A stretch of 63,368 nt of DNA, filler included. It is 7 parts of 7 records of this genome, joined end to end, with 100 filler letters (N's around TTAATTAATTAA, not from the genome) between each part and the next. Parts side by side here need not be neighbours in the genome. Positions count along the whole stretch, not along the records: positions 23,448 to 33,699 come from SRR31156797_21658; positions 33,800 to 39,252 come from SRR31156797_21659; 5 more parts are not named here. The stretch is one strand, 5' to 3'. Shown here piece by piece: positions 28,753 through 38,575 of this stretch (the first letter of the stretch is position 1; every line of letters begins with the position of its first letter). The position numbers were made by a program, and so were the translations under genes. The notes below the pieces were generated by a model. That model was not told the DNA's origin. It searched no databases and was given only the letters and a program-made list of their open reading frames with translations.

Positions 28753-31449
28753 TCATTCCGAAGGTCCGTCGACTTTCTCCAATCCGACCCGGCAGTGTTT
28801 GTTATTAAAAGTTTTACCGGTTTCTTCCCAATCATATTTGAACAGCTTTGCAGGAGAAGCCTCCCTAAAAGAAGAAGGCATGAAAACAATACCCTCGGGC
28901 AGGCGGTCATCGGCCATAGCCGGCAATTCAATCGCATCAAGCTCGTTAAAGACCCTGACTTGATCTCCGCTTTCCATTTGCAGCCGGTCCAGGTCTGCAG
29001 TCGAAATCCCCAAAAAGACTCCGGGAGCGGCTTTCTCAAGTCTCCGCGACCTGGAAGTTCTGCTTCCGCCGCCTATGTGCTGCAGGATATTTCCCTTGAT
29101 CATTATAAAAGGCAGGTCCGTCCCGTCGTCCAATCCGGGGCCGGCGGGGCCGGGCGGCAGAAAAACCGCCTTGCCGTCATCGTGTCCGATGCCATGGGGC
29201 AATGTGTCGCTGACATGTTCCAATCCCGGCCTCGGCCAGAAGAAAGGCTCCTTGCCGGATATCACCGCTGTAACGTCGGAATAGAGCGGAACGACTTTTT
29301 CAATCTCCGTAAGAACTTCTTCCGGAGAGCCATACTTCCATTCTTTCCCCAGCCTTCTGGCCAGGGCGCAGAATATTTCCCAATCCTCGGGGAAGCCGCC
29401 GGGAGAAATGACAGCTTTTTTGAAAGACTGAATGCGGCGCTCCATATTTGAAGCCGTACCGCTTTTTTCGGCCCAGGCGGTTGAAGGGATGACCAAATCG
29501 GCCAGCCTGGCGGTTTCAGTCAGGAACATATCCTGGACGACCAGGAATTCAACATTTTGTAACGCCTTGAGAACGCGGCCTGCATCGGGCATAACAGCGG
29601 CCGGGTTTTCGCAAAAAACATACAGCCCCTTTAGATTCCCTTTTTCCGCGGCCGAAATCATGCTCAACGCATCCAGGCCCGGTGAATCGGGAATTTTGGA
29701 TTCCCAGACTCCGGACAGCATTTCCAATGCCGGCCCGTCATCCAGACTTTTCCGGCCCGGCAGGCAATCGGGGCATATTCCCATGTCCAGGGCGCCCTGG
29801 GCGTTCGCTTCCTTTAAAACAGGCATCAAGCCGGCTTTGTCCTTACCGATGTTTCCCGACAGGAGGGACAGGGCGATTACGAAACCGGCCAGGTCCTTTG
29901 CACCGGCTTGTCCGGCCAGGCCGTTTCCAAAAACAATAAAACCGCTTTGGGAGCCGCAGAACAAACGCGCAACTTTGCGCACATCCTCTTCTTCAACGCC
30001 GCAGGCGTCCAAGGCTTTGTTAAGATTCAATCCTTCCATCGAGGAAACCAGCGACTCATACTCCCTGGTTTTAGAAACCACAAAATGCCGGTCCAGTAAT
30101 TCTTCCTCGATTATTACCTTTATGAGGGCGCTCAAAAGATAGGAATCCGTTGCTATTCGAGGCCGGAGCCAAACTTCCGACCTTGAAACCAGACTTGTAT
30201 CAACGGGATCGACAACAATGATTTTCGATCCCTTTTGGGCTGCCCGCTTTATGTGATAACCCAGGACAGGGGCGGTTTTGGTCGGGTCCGCTCCAATAAC
30301 CAGAATAACGTCGCTTGATTCAACATCCTTGAACGAACTTGTTCCGGCGCAGAAACCTGTTGATTGTTCCAGAGCTTCATAAACGGGCGCCCACGCCGCC
30401 CTGGCCCCGAAATCTATATTGTTGGTTTTAAAAGCTTCACGCGCCAGCTTCTGAAAAAGATAATTCTCTTCATTGGTGCCGCGTGCGCTGCCCATGAAAG
30501 CAAGGCTTTCCGGACCATGACTTTCACTTATGCGGCCGAGTTTTTCGGCAATCATGTCCAGGGCTTCATCCCAGCCGACCGGTTCAAAACCTTCGTCGGT
30601 CCTGACAAGGGGAGTTTGCAATCGATCCTTGCTGTTTACATAGTCGTGCCCGAAATGGCCTTTCACACATAGCGAAATTCCATTGGAGGTATTGTTTTCG
30701 CCAAACGGAGAAACGCCTCTGACGGACATCCGGTCGTGCTCAACATAAATTGAACACCCGCAAGCGCAGAAGGAACAGACGCTCCTGGTCCTGGCGCCCG
30801 GATGATCCAGGCGGTATTTGTCCTTTTCGGCAATGGCGCCTGTTGGACAGACATTAAGGCACGTACCGCAAAAAGTACAGGAAGATTCCTCCAGGGCCTG
30901 GTTGAGAAGCGTGGCCGGGTAAGCGTCAAATCCTCGAAGATTATAATCTATGACTCCTTCGCAGACCACTTCCTGATCCGCCCGGACGCACTTCGCACAC
31001 ATTATGCACTTGGAAAGGTCCCTGCTGAGAAAAGGATTAAGGTCCACAACTCCCGGATGATAAGGCATGGAATCGAGGCCGTGCCCGGCAACGCCCATGC
31101 GGGCGGCCAGGTTGCGCAACTCGCACCGGTTGCCCTTCTCACACACCAGGCATGACTCAGGGTGAGCGGCCATAAGCAGGCGAATTATGTTCTTCCTGTT
31201 TCGAGAGATTCTTTCGGAATCAGTGTCAATGACAATTCCCGGAGCAATCTTCGTAACACAGGCGGGAACAACTACACCCCGTTTGCGGTCTTCAACCTGG
31301 CAGAGCCGGCAGGCGCCGATAGGCCTTAATGCATCATGGTGGCATAGGGTCGGGATATAAATGCCCTGGTCGCGGGCTACTTCGAGGATTGTTTTGCCTT
31401 CCCTGGCGCTGATCGTATTTCCGTTTAAAGTCAGGGTTATCGTATCCAC
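28753..31449 (-). CDS. FdhA/NuoG-like molybdopterin-oxidoreductase-family protein lacking the Cys/Sec ligand
   Basis: N-terminal 2Fe-2S, HxxxCxxCx5C, two 4Fe-4S, CSFCACGC..C; NNIDFGARAAWA replaces NNIDxCARL[C/U]H; GTG start after AGGAGAGG. Confidence 0.85.
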   Translation of the reverse strand: MDTITLTLNGNTISAREGKTILEVARDQGIYIPTLCHHDALRPIGACRLCQVEDRKRGVVVPACVTKIAPGIVIDTDSERISRNRKNIIRLLMAAHPESCLVCEKGNRCELRNLAARMGVAGHGLDSMPYHPGVVDLNPFLSRDLSKCIMCAKCVRADQEVVCEGVIDYNLRGFDAYPATLLNQALEESSCTFCGTCLNVCPTGAIAEKDKYRLDHPGARTRSVCSFCACGCSIYVEHDRMSVRGVSPFGENNTSNGISLCVKGHFGHDYVNSKDRLQTPLVRTDEGFEPVGWDEALDMIAEKLGRISESHGPESLAFMGSARGTNEENYLFQKLAREAFKTNNIDFGARAAWAPVYEALEQSTGFCAGTSSFKDVESSDVILVIGADPTKTAPVLGYHIKRAAQKGSKIIVVDPVDTSLVSRSEVWLRPRIATDSYLLSALIKVIIEEELLDRHFVVSKTREYESLVSSMEGLNLNKALDACGVEEEDVRKVARLFCGSQSGFIVFGNGLAGQAGAKDLAGFVIALSLLSGNIGKDKAGLMPVLKEANAQGALDMGICPDCLPGRKSLDDGPALEMLSGVWESKIPDSPGLDALSMISAAEKGNLKGLYVFCENPAAVMPDAGRVLKALQNVEFLVVQDMFLTETARLADLVIPSTAWAEKSGTASNMERRIQSFKKAVISPGGFPEDWEIFCALARRLGKEWKYGSPEEVLTEIEKVVPLYSDVTAVISGKEPFFWPRPGLEHVSDTLPHGIGHDDGKAVFLPPGPAGPGLDDGTDLPFIMIKGNILQHIGGGSRTSRSRRLEKAAPGVFLGISTADLDRLQMESGDQVRVFNELDAIELPAMADDRLPEGIVFMPSSFREASPAKLFKYDWEETGKTFNNKHCRVGLEKVDGPSE

Positions 31450-31694
31450 GTGCAACCTCTCCTTGACAGTAGAAATACCGGTGAAAATTATATTTCGCCT
31501 GATATGAGGTTTAGAAACGATTTAGTAAATCAGTTACAAACACACAGGATATATATATTCAGATAAAACGGCTTAACAATTCGTGCGAGTGGGAGGAGCC
31601 AATTCTGAAACAGATGAGCGAGATTCCAGCTCTACAACCCATTCAGATCGACAATAAAGAATTTTAATTGATTTTACGTCAGCATTACGATACA

Positions 31695-31723
31695 AGCATA
31701 CAATGAGGTTTTCTCCTTGTCAA
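31695..31723 (-). promoter_or_regulatory. Sigma70 promoter for the oxidoreductase-metVF operon
   Basis: TTGACA-17 bp-TATGCT with TG extended -10 on the minus strand. Confidence 0.6.
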
Positions 31724-31853
31724 GTATTCAATCTCTGGAATCGTAACGAAATTACGCCGCCCCTGTTTGTTCAGATACGGCGGCGCATAATTAACAGGGC
31801 CTGTATCCCGACATAAGCATTACGGAGTTCCGCTAGCAATATTGGGGGGAAAG

Positions 31854-33137
31854 ATGTCTTTCGAAAATACTGAAGAAACATATCTTGACAAGTCCCGCGA
31901 AACCATGCCCTGGAACGAACGTCAAGAGATCCTCGCGTCGAATTTACGGGAAAAAATAGTACAGGCAGCAAGCAAGTCAAAGGCTTACGGGGAAATATTT
32001 GAAAAGGCCGGCGTGGACGCCCGAGACGTCCGGAGCCTTGACGACCTCGCCTCACTGCCCATCGTCCGGATGGGCGACCTTGTGGATCGCCAAAAAGTCG
32101 ACCCGCCTTTCGGAGGTTTTGAGACGGCTTCCCCTGAAGATATCAGGCGCGTGTATATCAACCCCGGGCTTATCTGGCAGCCGGCCGACGTCGACTACCA
32201 GGATGCTTCATGGGCGGAAAGTCTGTGCGGTGCGGGTTTTAAAAAAGGCGACATGATATTGAACACATTCAATTACCACATGTGGCCTTTTGCTTTCATG
32301 CTTGACGACTCAGCCAAGATGATCGGGGCCATTGTAGTCCCGACCGGTGCGGGCAATACGCTCATGCAGGTCAAGATACTGCAGAATTTAGGCATAAAAG
32401 GCTTCATGGGCACGCCCAGTTTTCTTAATACGCTGGCCCAACGCGCCGAAGACATGGGCCTGGATATCAAAAAAGATTTGTCCCTTGAAAGAGCCCTGGT
32501 CGGAGCGGAAATGCTCCCGGAATCCCTGCGCAACAGGCTGGAGAAGAAACTGGGCATGACCATCCGGCAGTCCTATGGAACCGTATTTCTGGGCTGCATT
32601 GGTTATGAATGCTCATACGGCGCGGGCCTTCATATTCCGGATGACGTGATTGTGGAAGTCGTGGACCCCCACAGCGGAAAGCAGGTTGCGCCCGGCGCAG
32701 CGGGCGAAATAGTAGCTACAAAGTTCAACCGGACATTTCCCCTGGTTCGTTTCGCCACAGGCGATTTATCCCAATTCAGTATGGAACCATGTCCCTGCGG
32801 CCGAACGTCGCCGAAGCTGACTCGCATTCTCGGCCGGGTGGACGAAGCCACAAAAGTGCGGGGAACATTCGTACACCCCTGGCAGACGGACGGCGTGATT
32901 GCGCGCTTTCCTGAAGTTTTCAAATACCAGGTGGTCATAACCCGGGAAAATGACGTTGACGTAATGACCTTTATTGTGGAACTAACCGAGGAAATCGATA
33001 ACCCGGCCCGGTTGCAGCACCAGATGGAAAACTACATCAAGGAAATGCTGACTATAAAGGGCAGGGTCAATATGGCGCCACGGGGAACGATCCCCGATTT
33101 CCATAAAAAAATTGAAGACCGCAGAACCTGGGAATAA
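31854..33137 (+). CDS. Phenylacetate-CoA ligase-like adenylate-forming enzyme
   Basis: GTPSF, GAEML, QSYG, RFATGD, CPCGRT, GRVDE..KVRG. Confidence 0.85.
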   Translation: MSFENTEETYLDKSRETMPWNERQEILASNLREKIVQAASKSKAYGEIFEKAGVDARDVRSLDDLASLPIVRMGDLVDRQKVDPPFGGFETASPEDIRRVYINPGLIWQPADVDYQDASWAESLCGAGFKKGDMILNTFNYHMWPFAFMLDDSAKMIGAIVVPTGAGNTLMQVKILQNLGIKGFMGTPSFLNTLAQRAEDMGLDIKKDLSLERALVGAEMLPESLRNRLEKKLGMTIRQSYGTVFLGCIGYECSYGAGLHIPDDVIVEVVDPHSGKQVAPGAAGEIVATKFNRTFPLVRFATGDLSQFSMEPCPCGRTSPKLTRILGRVDEATKVRGTFVHPWQTDGVIARFPEVFKYQVVITRENDVDVMTFIVELTEEIDNPARLQHQMENYIKEMLTIKGRVNMAPRGTIPDFHKKIEDRRTWE

Positions 33138-33146
33138 GAACGCGCT

Positions 33147-33650
33147 ATGGAAAAGATAAAAATCGGCGGCATAATGCAGAGCGACGGCCGGGCCATGGTC
33201 AGGGTTATGTCCGTGCCTGATCACGCGGGCGCGGCCGGGACGATTTTCGGAGCAATGGGTTCGGCCGGTATAAACATTGAACTTATGGTGCAGGTTTTCG
33301 ATTTGGATGAAGCCGGCAACTTCGCCCTGGTCATCGCTCAGAAAGACCTGGACCACGCCTTATCGGTTTTGGAGGAAGTCAAGCCGATTGTCGAAGCACG
33401 GGGCATATCCTATTCACCTGATGTGGCAGTGCTGAGCGTGTTCGGCCCTCACCTGAGAGAAAAGCCGCGAGTTCCCGGGATAATGTTCGCGGCCCTGGCT
33501 TCCGTCGGCATCAGCCCCCTGGCGGTCAGCACTTCCATTTCCAGCGTTTCCTGCGTGGTAGACGGCCCAAACCTTCAACCATCCGTGGATGCTCTGTTGG
33601 AAGTTTTTGATGCGCCTTTCCAGGTTAAGAAGCGGCCAAAGGACTATTAA
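33147..33650 (+). CDS. Tandem ACT-domain protein (aspartokinase-type ACT)
   Basis: VPDHAGAAGTIFGAM; VFGPHL..PRVPGIMFAAL..STSISSVSCVV. Confidence 0.8.
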   Translation: MEKIKIGGIMQSDGRAMVRVMSVPDHAGAAGTIFGAMGSAGINIELMVQVFDLDEAGNFALVIAQKDLDHALSVLEEVKPIVEARGISYSPDVAVLSVFGPHLREKPRVPGIMFAALASVGISPLAVSTSISSVSCVVDGPNLQPSVDALLEVFDAPFQVKKRPKDY

Positions 33651-33699
33651 CTAGAATACCCGGCGGCCTTCCCTCCAGACCGTCCGGACCACGGGCAGA

Positions 33700-33799
33700 N
33701 NNNNNNNNNNNNNNNNNNNNNNNNNNNNNNNNNNNNNNNNNNNTTAATTAATTAANNNNNNNNNNNNNNNNNNNNNNNNNNNNNNNNNNNNNNNNNNNN
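33700..33799. other. Artificial contig linker
   Basis: N44-TTAATTAATTAA-N44. Confidence 0.99.
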
Positions 33800-34095
33800 A
33801 TCAGATCGGCGATGACTGCCAGGAAAATGCCGATGGGCAAAATGGGCCACCCGTGACCCATCGCGAACTTCAACAGCGCCATTATGACACCGGTAATGGA
33901 TATCATTCCGAATTTATTCACCTTTGTCAGATACAGCATAAAGGGGATTCCGCCTATGACTGCCAGAATGAAAGGCAAAAGGACTGCGAATATGGGGATA
34001 AGAACCAATACGCCCGGTACCAGCATTGTGATGAAATACATCGCCGTAAACAGACCGATATTGATCAAGTCCTTCACGTTTAGTCTATCTTCCAT
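33800..34095 (-). CDS. MptD-family putative ECF transporter S component (3' partial)
   Basis: LNVKDLINIGLFTAMYF..GGIPFMLYLTKVNKFGMI. Confidence 0.85.
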
Positions 34096-34792
34096 TTTTT
34101 TTCCTCTGTTCTGTTTCTTTATAGTTCCAGGTCACCTTTGCTGTCAGAACGAAAAAGGCGGTGAAGAATAAGGAGCCGTCCATAGGGGCGATATAGCCGC
34201 CTATCGGAGCGGGTAGCCGGTTGACGATCAATACAGACGCCGTCATGGCGAAAACCGGGGTGAACAGAACCATCCAGCGCTTGAATAATGTGGGCCTTGC
34301 CAATACGGCCGCTATGATCCAGATTGAGCTAAGGGCCATACTGATGAGAGTGGGTATCATCAATGCCCTCTCAAAGGACAGATATTTATCCATTATTCCG
34401 GAGACGATTGATTCTGATTCGGAGACCGTATTGGCGAAGGCGCAATAAGCTGTACTGGCGAAAGCGGCGGCGCTATGGAAGATCGCACAGAGGACAATCA
34501 GATGCGCGAAAAGCAGAACGGCCGGAACACTGAACCACCTGCCCGCCGGTTTCAGTGCGTAATACAGCGGGATGAGTATGCCCAGCCAAAGAGGAATGCC
34601 CAGCAGGGCACCCGAAATGGCCCCGACCAGAGTCTGGGGGTATGGGATATTGTTAGCCATATAGAGCAGATTCAGCTCACTTCCGCTCACTGGACCGTGA
34701 TACAGCAACTGATCTGACACAATGTTGATAAATCCTCCGAGAATGGCCAGAACAGCTCCCGCCCTTATTATTGTTTGTTTTTCGAAATTCAT
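34085..34792 (-). CDS. Multi-pass membrane protein (possibly DUF6796-like)
   Basis: About 6 hydrophobic segments; AGGAG RBS; family assignment tentative. Confidence 0.6.
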   Translation of the reverse strand: MNFEKQTIIRAGAVLAILGGFINIVSDQLLYHGPVSGSELNLLYMANNIPYPQTLVGAISGALLGIPLWLGILIPLYYALKPAGRWFSVPAVLLFAHLIVLCAIFHSAAAFASTAYCAFANTVSESESIVSGIMDKYLSFERALMIPTLISMALSSIWIIAAVLARPTLFKRWMVLFTPVFAMTASVLIVNRLPAPIGGYIAPMDGSLFFTAFFVLTAKVTWNYKETEQRKKNGR

Positions 34793-34903
34793 TCAGTCAT
34801 CTCCTTAATCATGTATTTACCCGGCTTCATCCCCGTCTATCAAAACATGTCGCCGACGCGCTCAGATCCGTAGGACGAAGGAATAGTCCGCGGGATTCAG
34901 AAA

Positions 34904-36637
34904 TCAATGGTTCTGATACTGCGCCCTCAGCATTGATGAGAATATGCCTTGTTTCTTATTCAGCTCATAAGGCGAACCCGTCTCCGCAACAATGCCGTTC
35001 TTGATAACGACTATTTTGTCGGCTCCGGATACGGTTCTCATGCGGTGGGCAATGATCAAAACGGTCTTGTCTTTTATAAGCTCGCTCAGAGCGCTCTGGA
35101 TTTTTGTTTCGTTTTCCGCATCAAGAGAAGCGGTGGCCTCGTCAAGCAGAATGATCGGCGCATCTTTGAGCATCGCCCTGGCTATTGATATGCGCTGCCT
35201 TTCGCCACCGGATAATCTTTCTCCGTTTTCACCAATGCGGGTGTTGTAGCCCTGAGGGAGCTTTAGCACGAAATCGTCGCAGCAAGCCAATTCAGCCGCT
35301 CGTATGACCTCATCATCCGGAGCGTCTTTTTTTCCGATGCGGATATTTTCCATGACGCTTGCGTTGAATAGGGTGACGTCCTGAAAGACGATGGAAAAAT
35401 GATCGAGGAGGGTCTCAGGCGCGACCTTGGAGATATCTTCACCTCCCAGGGTGATGACTCCGTTCTCAACATCCCAAAAACGAGCGGCCAGCTTTGCCGT
35501 GGTGCTCTTTCCTCCACCGGAGGGACCCACAAGGGCGGTCACTTCTCCCTGCTTTGCTTTGAAACTCAGCTCTTTCAAGGTATCCACGCCCTTTTCATAG
35601 GAGAAGTTAACCTTATCGAATTCTATGTCAAAGTTTTCCGGCTGGAAACTGACCGCACCTTCCTGCCTCGGCATATCGTCCATCTCTTTCATGCGGTCTA
35701 TCCGCACACCAAGATGCGTCAGAGCCGCAAAATTCACCAGAGCCTCCATAACCGGATTATAAACGCGCGCCCCAATAACCAGAAAAACAAGGTAGACAAA
35801 GAGATCTATGGAACCGGCGGACAAAAGATAGGCGCCGGACAGGATTACGCTGGGAAGACCCAGTTTGAGGATAACGATCGACAAATTGACGAAAGCTCCG
35901 GTCAGCAGCTCTGACTTAATCAATACTTTTTCATAGATGTCCAGTTTTGCATTCAGAGCATGAGAATAGGGTTCTTCTCTGTTATAGGATTTTATCTCAT
36001 GAACCAGATCAAGCCCTTCCTGGACATTATCCGATATGTCTCTTTTCGTCGCATAAAGCTCCAGGTTCATCCTGCGTTGAAAGCTTCTGGACAAAAAGAA
36101 AACCAAAAGGGCGACAGGGACAACCCAGAACACCGCGAGGGACAGCATCCAATTGTAAATGAACATCATCATCCCCATTAAGAGGAGGGAGATTCCGGCC
36201 GCGTAAAGTTGGGGAACCGTATGGGAAAAGAGCCTCTCGATCTCCGATACATCTTCCATTATGGTCGAACTTAAATCGGCAATGTCCTTTTTGCCGAAAA
36301 AGGCCAACGGCAGCTTCCTGAGTGTTTCGGCCAGGCTTATCCGTCTTCGAGCGCTTTCATCGTAAACCTTGGAGAAGGCCGAATCGTACTGACAATAGAC
36401 AATAGCAAACATCGCAAGGAAAGACAGGACAGACAGAATAAGATAGAAGATGCTGCCGCTCAGCCGACCGAAGGAGGGCTTGATCAGTTCCCCGATGTAT
36501 TCATCAAGGAAACAGAAGCTGAGACTAACGGGGAGAATAAAGCAAAGGTCCATGGCGACGCTCCAGATGATCGTACAAAGGAAGTCCTTCGCCCCCTTCT
36601 CTGACAGAGCGTATTTTCTCTGAAAATAATTAAGCAT
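34904..36637 (-). CDS. ABC transporter TMD-NBD subunit (IrtB/YbtQ-like)
   Basis: GPSGGGKS, LSGGERQR, LLDEATA. Confidence 0.92.
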   Translation of the reverse strand: MLNYFQRKYALSEKGAKDFLCTIIWSVAMDLCFILPVSLSFCFLDEYIGELIKPSFGRLSGSIFYLILSVLSFLAMFAIVYCQYDSAFSKVYDESARRRISLAETLRKLPLAFFGKKDIADLSSTIMEDVSEIERLFSHTVPQLYAAGISLLLMGMMMFIYNWMLSLAVFWVVPVALLVFFLSRSFQRRMNLELYATKRDISDNVQEGLDLVHEIKSYNREEPYSHALNAKLDIYEKVLIKSELLTGAFVNLSIVILKLGLPSVILSGAYLLSAGSIDLFVYLVFLVIGARVYNPVMEALVNFAALTHLGVRIDRMKEMDDMPRQEGAVSFQPENFDIEFDKVNFSYEKGVDTLKELSFKAKQGEVTALVGPSGGGKSTTAKLAARFWDVENGVITLGGEDISKVAPETLLDHFSIVFQDVTLFNASVMENIRIGKKDAPDDEVIRAAELACCDDFVLKLPQGYNTRIGENGERLSGGERQRISIARAMLKDAPIILLDEATASLDAENETKIQSALSELIKDKTVLIIAHRMRTVSGADKIVVIKNGIVAETGSPYELNKKQGIFSSMLRAQYQNH

Positions 36638-38435
36638 AAAGCCCTCCCCAGCTCACCTTCTCCTTTGCGGCTATCTTCCAGGCAACGGTTTTTTGATACT
36701 CCTCCCACATGGCCTTGTATATGCCGCCGTTATTCAGCAGTTCGTCGTGGGTTCCTTCTTCCGCGACCCGTCCGTCGTCTATAACCAGGATTCTATCCAC
36801 ATCCTGAACACTGGTAAGGCGGTGGGCGATCATCAGCGTTGTCTTGCCCCTCCTCAGCTGATCAAGGGCCTTCCGGATCAAATGCTCATTCTCGGGATCT
36901 GCAAAGGCGGTTGCTTCATCAAGGATCACAATGGGAGCATTCTTGATTACCGCCCGGGCAAGGGCGATCCTCTGCTGTTCTCCACCTGAAAGATAGGTCC
37001 CTTTCGCCCCCATCACCGTATCAAGTCCATTTGGCAGTTTCTCTATGATTTCCCTGGATTGGGATAGCTCGACGGCCCTGCGGATTTCTTCCTCTCCTGC
37101 GTCTTCCTTTCCGAATATGATATTTTCTCTTAACGAACCTTTGAAAAGCCTGGTGCTCTGGAAGACAAAGGAAATACTGTTCATCAGCACTTCTTTGGAG
37201 AGCGCTCTAATGTCCACCCCTCCGATCAGGATCTCCCCTTTCTCTGCATCCCAGAAACGGGCAGCCAGCCTGGCGATCGTTGTCTTCCCTCCCCCAGAGG
37301 CCCCCACAAGAGCTATGGTTTCCCCTTCCTTCAAGGAGAAACTGATCCCTTCAATCGCCCGTTTACCGGCGCCTTGGTATGAAAAGACGACGTCTCGGAA
37401 TTCCAGGGAATATTCCTCAAGGCCCTTTTTCTGCAGGCCCTCATTCATGACCTGATCATCCAGAAGCTTATCAAGCCTGTCGATGGCCTGCTCCGCAATC
37501 ATCGCATTCTGCTGAAATTGCATGGACTTCATCAGCAGCAATGTAAAACCCGGGGAGATGAGGATGTAAAAGACAAAATCCGCTAGAATAAGGGCCGGGC
37601 TATCCCCCTGTCCGATTAACAAAATCGCCATGGGAATCAAGATGAACGCCGCGGATTGCATGATTACAATGTAAAAAGACATCGGCTTCCGCCAAAGCTG
37701 AGTATAGGCGTTGGCCATCGTCTTGTAACGCATTATGCTGTCATGGAATCGCCTGAAAGAGAAAACGGATTGCCCGAATGTCTTAACGACGGGAATTCCG
37801 CGGATATACTCCACGGCTTCGGAGCTCATCTCTTCCAGTGAATCATTGTATTCCTTCTGAAAGGCCTTCCCTTCTGAGTTCATCATGAACTTCATTGTGA
37901 CAAAGCCCAGGACAACAGGAATAAGAGAGGCGGCTCCCATTCTCCAATCCACCACGAAAACCAGTACCAGCAGAATAAGTGGTGAGACTATGCTCCCCGC
38001 CAGATCAGGGAGCTGATGCGCCAGAAAGGAATGCGTCGTTCCGGCGCTTTCGTTGACGATCTTGCGAACTTTCCCACTTGCGTGTTTATCGAAAAAGCCA
38101 AGGGGCATGGACATGATTCTCTCCATACCCTTTTTTTGCATCCCGACCTCAACCCGAAAGGCCGCAAGATGAGAGCTCATCAACGAGCAAAAATATACGA
38201 CGATACTGCCCATGGCACAGGCAAAAGCCAGCCAGGCGCAAGAGCCGATACCGGAGATATCCAACGTCCCCGTCGATGAGAGAATACTCCGAAGGATGTG
38301 CCATACCAAGACAAATGGCACTATATTCAGTATTGCTGAGATTCCTGACAGTATGAGTGACAGAGGGAAAAGAGCCTTCTTCCCGCCCATATAGGGTATA
38401 AACCGTTTCAGCAAAAATACTTTTTTCTTATGCAT
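36630..38435 (-). CDS. ABC transporter TMD-NBD subunit (IrtA/YbtP-like)
   Basis: SHLAAF, AHQLPD, GASGGGKT, LSGGEQQR, DEATAFADPENE. Confidence 0.92.
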   Translation of the reverse strand: MHKKKVFLLKRFIPYMGGKKALFPLSLILSGISAILNIVPFVLVWHILRSILSSTGTLDISGIGSCAWLAFACAMGSIVVYFCSLMSSHLAAFRVEVGMQKKGMERIMSMPLGFFDKHASGKVRKIVNESAGTTHSFLAHQLPDLAGSIVSPLILLVLVFVVDWRMGAASLIPVVLGFVTMKFMMNSEGKAFQKEYNDSLEEMSSEAVEYIRGIPVVKTFGQSVFSFRRFHDSIMRYKTMANAYTQLWRKPMSFYIVIMQSAAFILIPMAILLIGQGDSPALILADFVFYILISPGFTLLLMKSMQFQQNAMIAEQAIDRLDKLLDDQVMNEGLQKKGLEEYSLEFRDVVFSYQGAGKRAIEGISFSLKEGETIALVGASGGGKTTIARLAARFWDAEKGEILIGGVDIRALSKEVLMNSISFVFQSTRLFKGSLRENIIFGKEDAGEEEIRRAVELSQSREIIEKLPNGLDTVMGAKGTYLSGGEQQRIALARAVIKNAPIVILDEATAFADPENEHLIRKALDQLRRGKTTLMIAHRLTSVQDVDRILVIDDGRVAEEGTHDELLNNGGIYKAMWEEYQKTVAWKIAAKEKVSWGGLYA

Positions 38436-38506
38436 TTTGTATGTCTCCTTATTTTTGTAATACTCTTATCTGTGCAGTCACAAACCACTCCCCATAGCTG
38501 AGACCG

Positions 38507-38540
38507 CATGATAACATCGTTAGCTAACAGCGTTATCATG
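38507..38540. promoter_or_regulatory. Double TAAC-N3-GTTA operator upstream of the ABC operon
   Basis: CATGATAAC-ATC-GTTAGCTAAC-AGC-GTTATCATG. Confidence 0.7.
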
Positions 38541-38575
38541 GATGCAAAAAAAATCACGCCTTTGAGGCGTCAGCA

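Noticed and set aside
28753-31449. Selenocysteine formate dehydrogenase
   Set aside because: No in-frame TGA and no Cys at the ligand position
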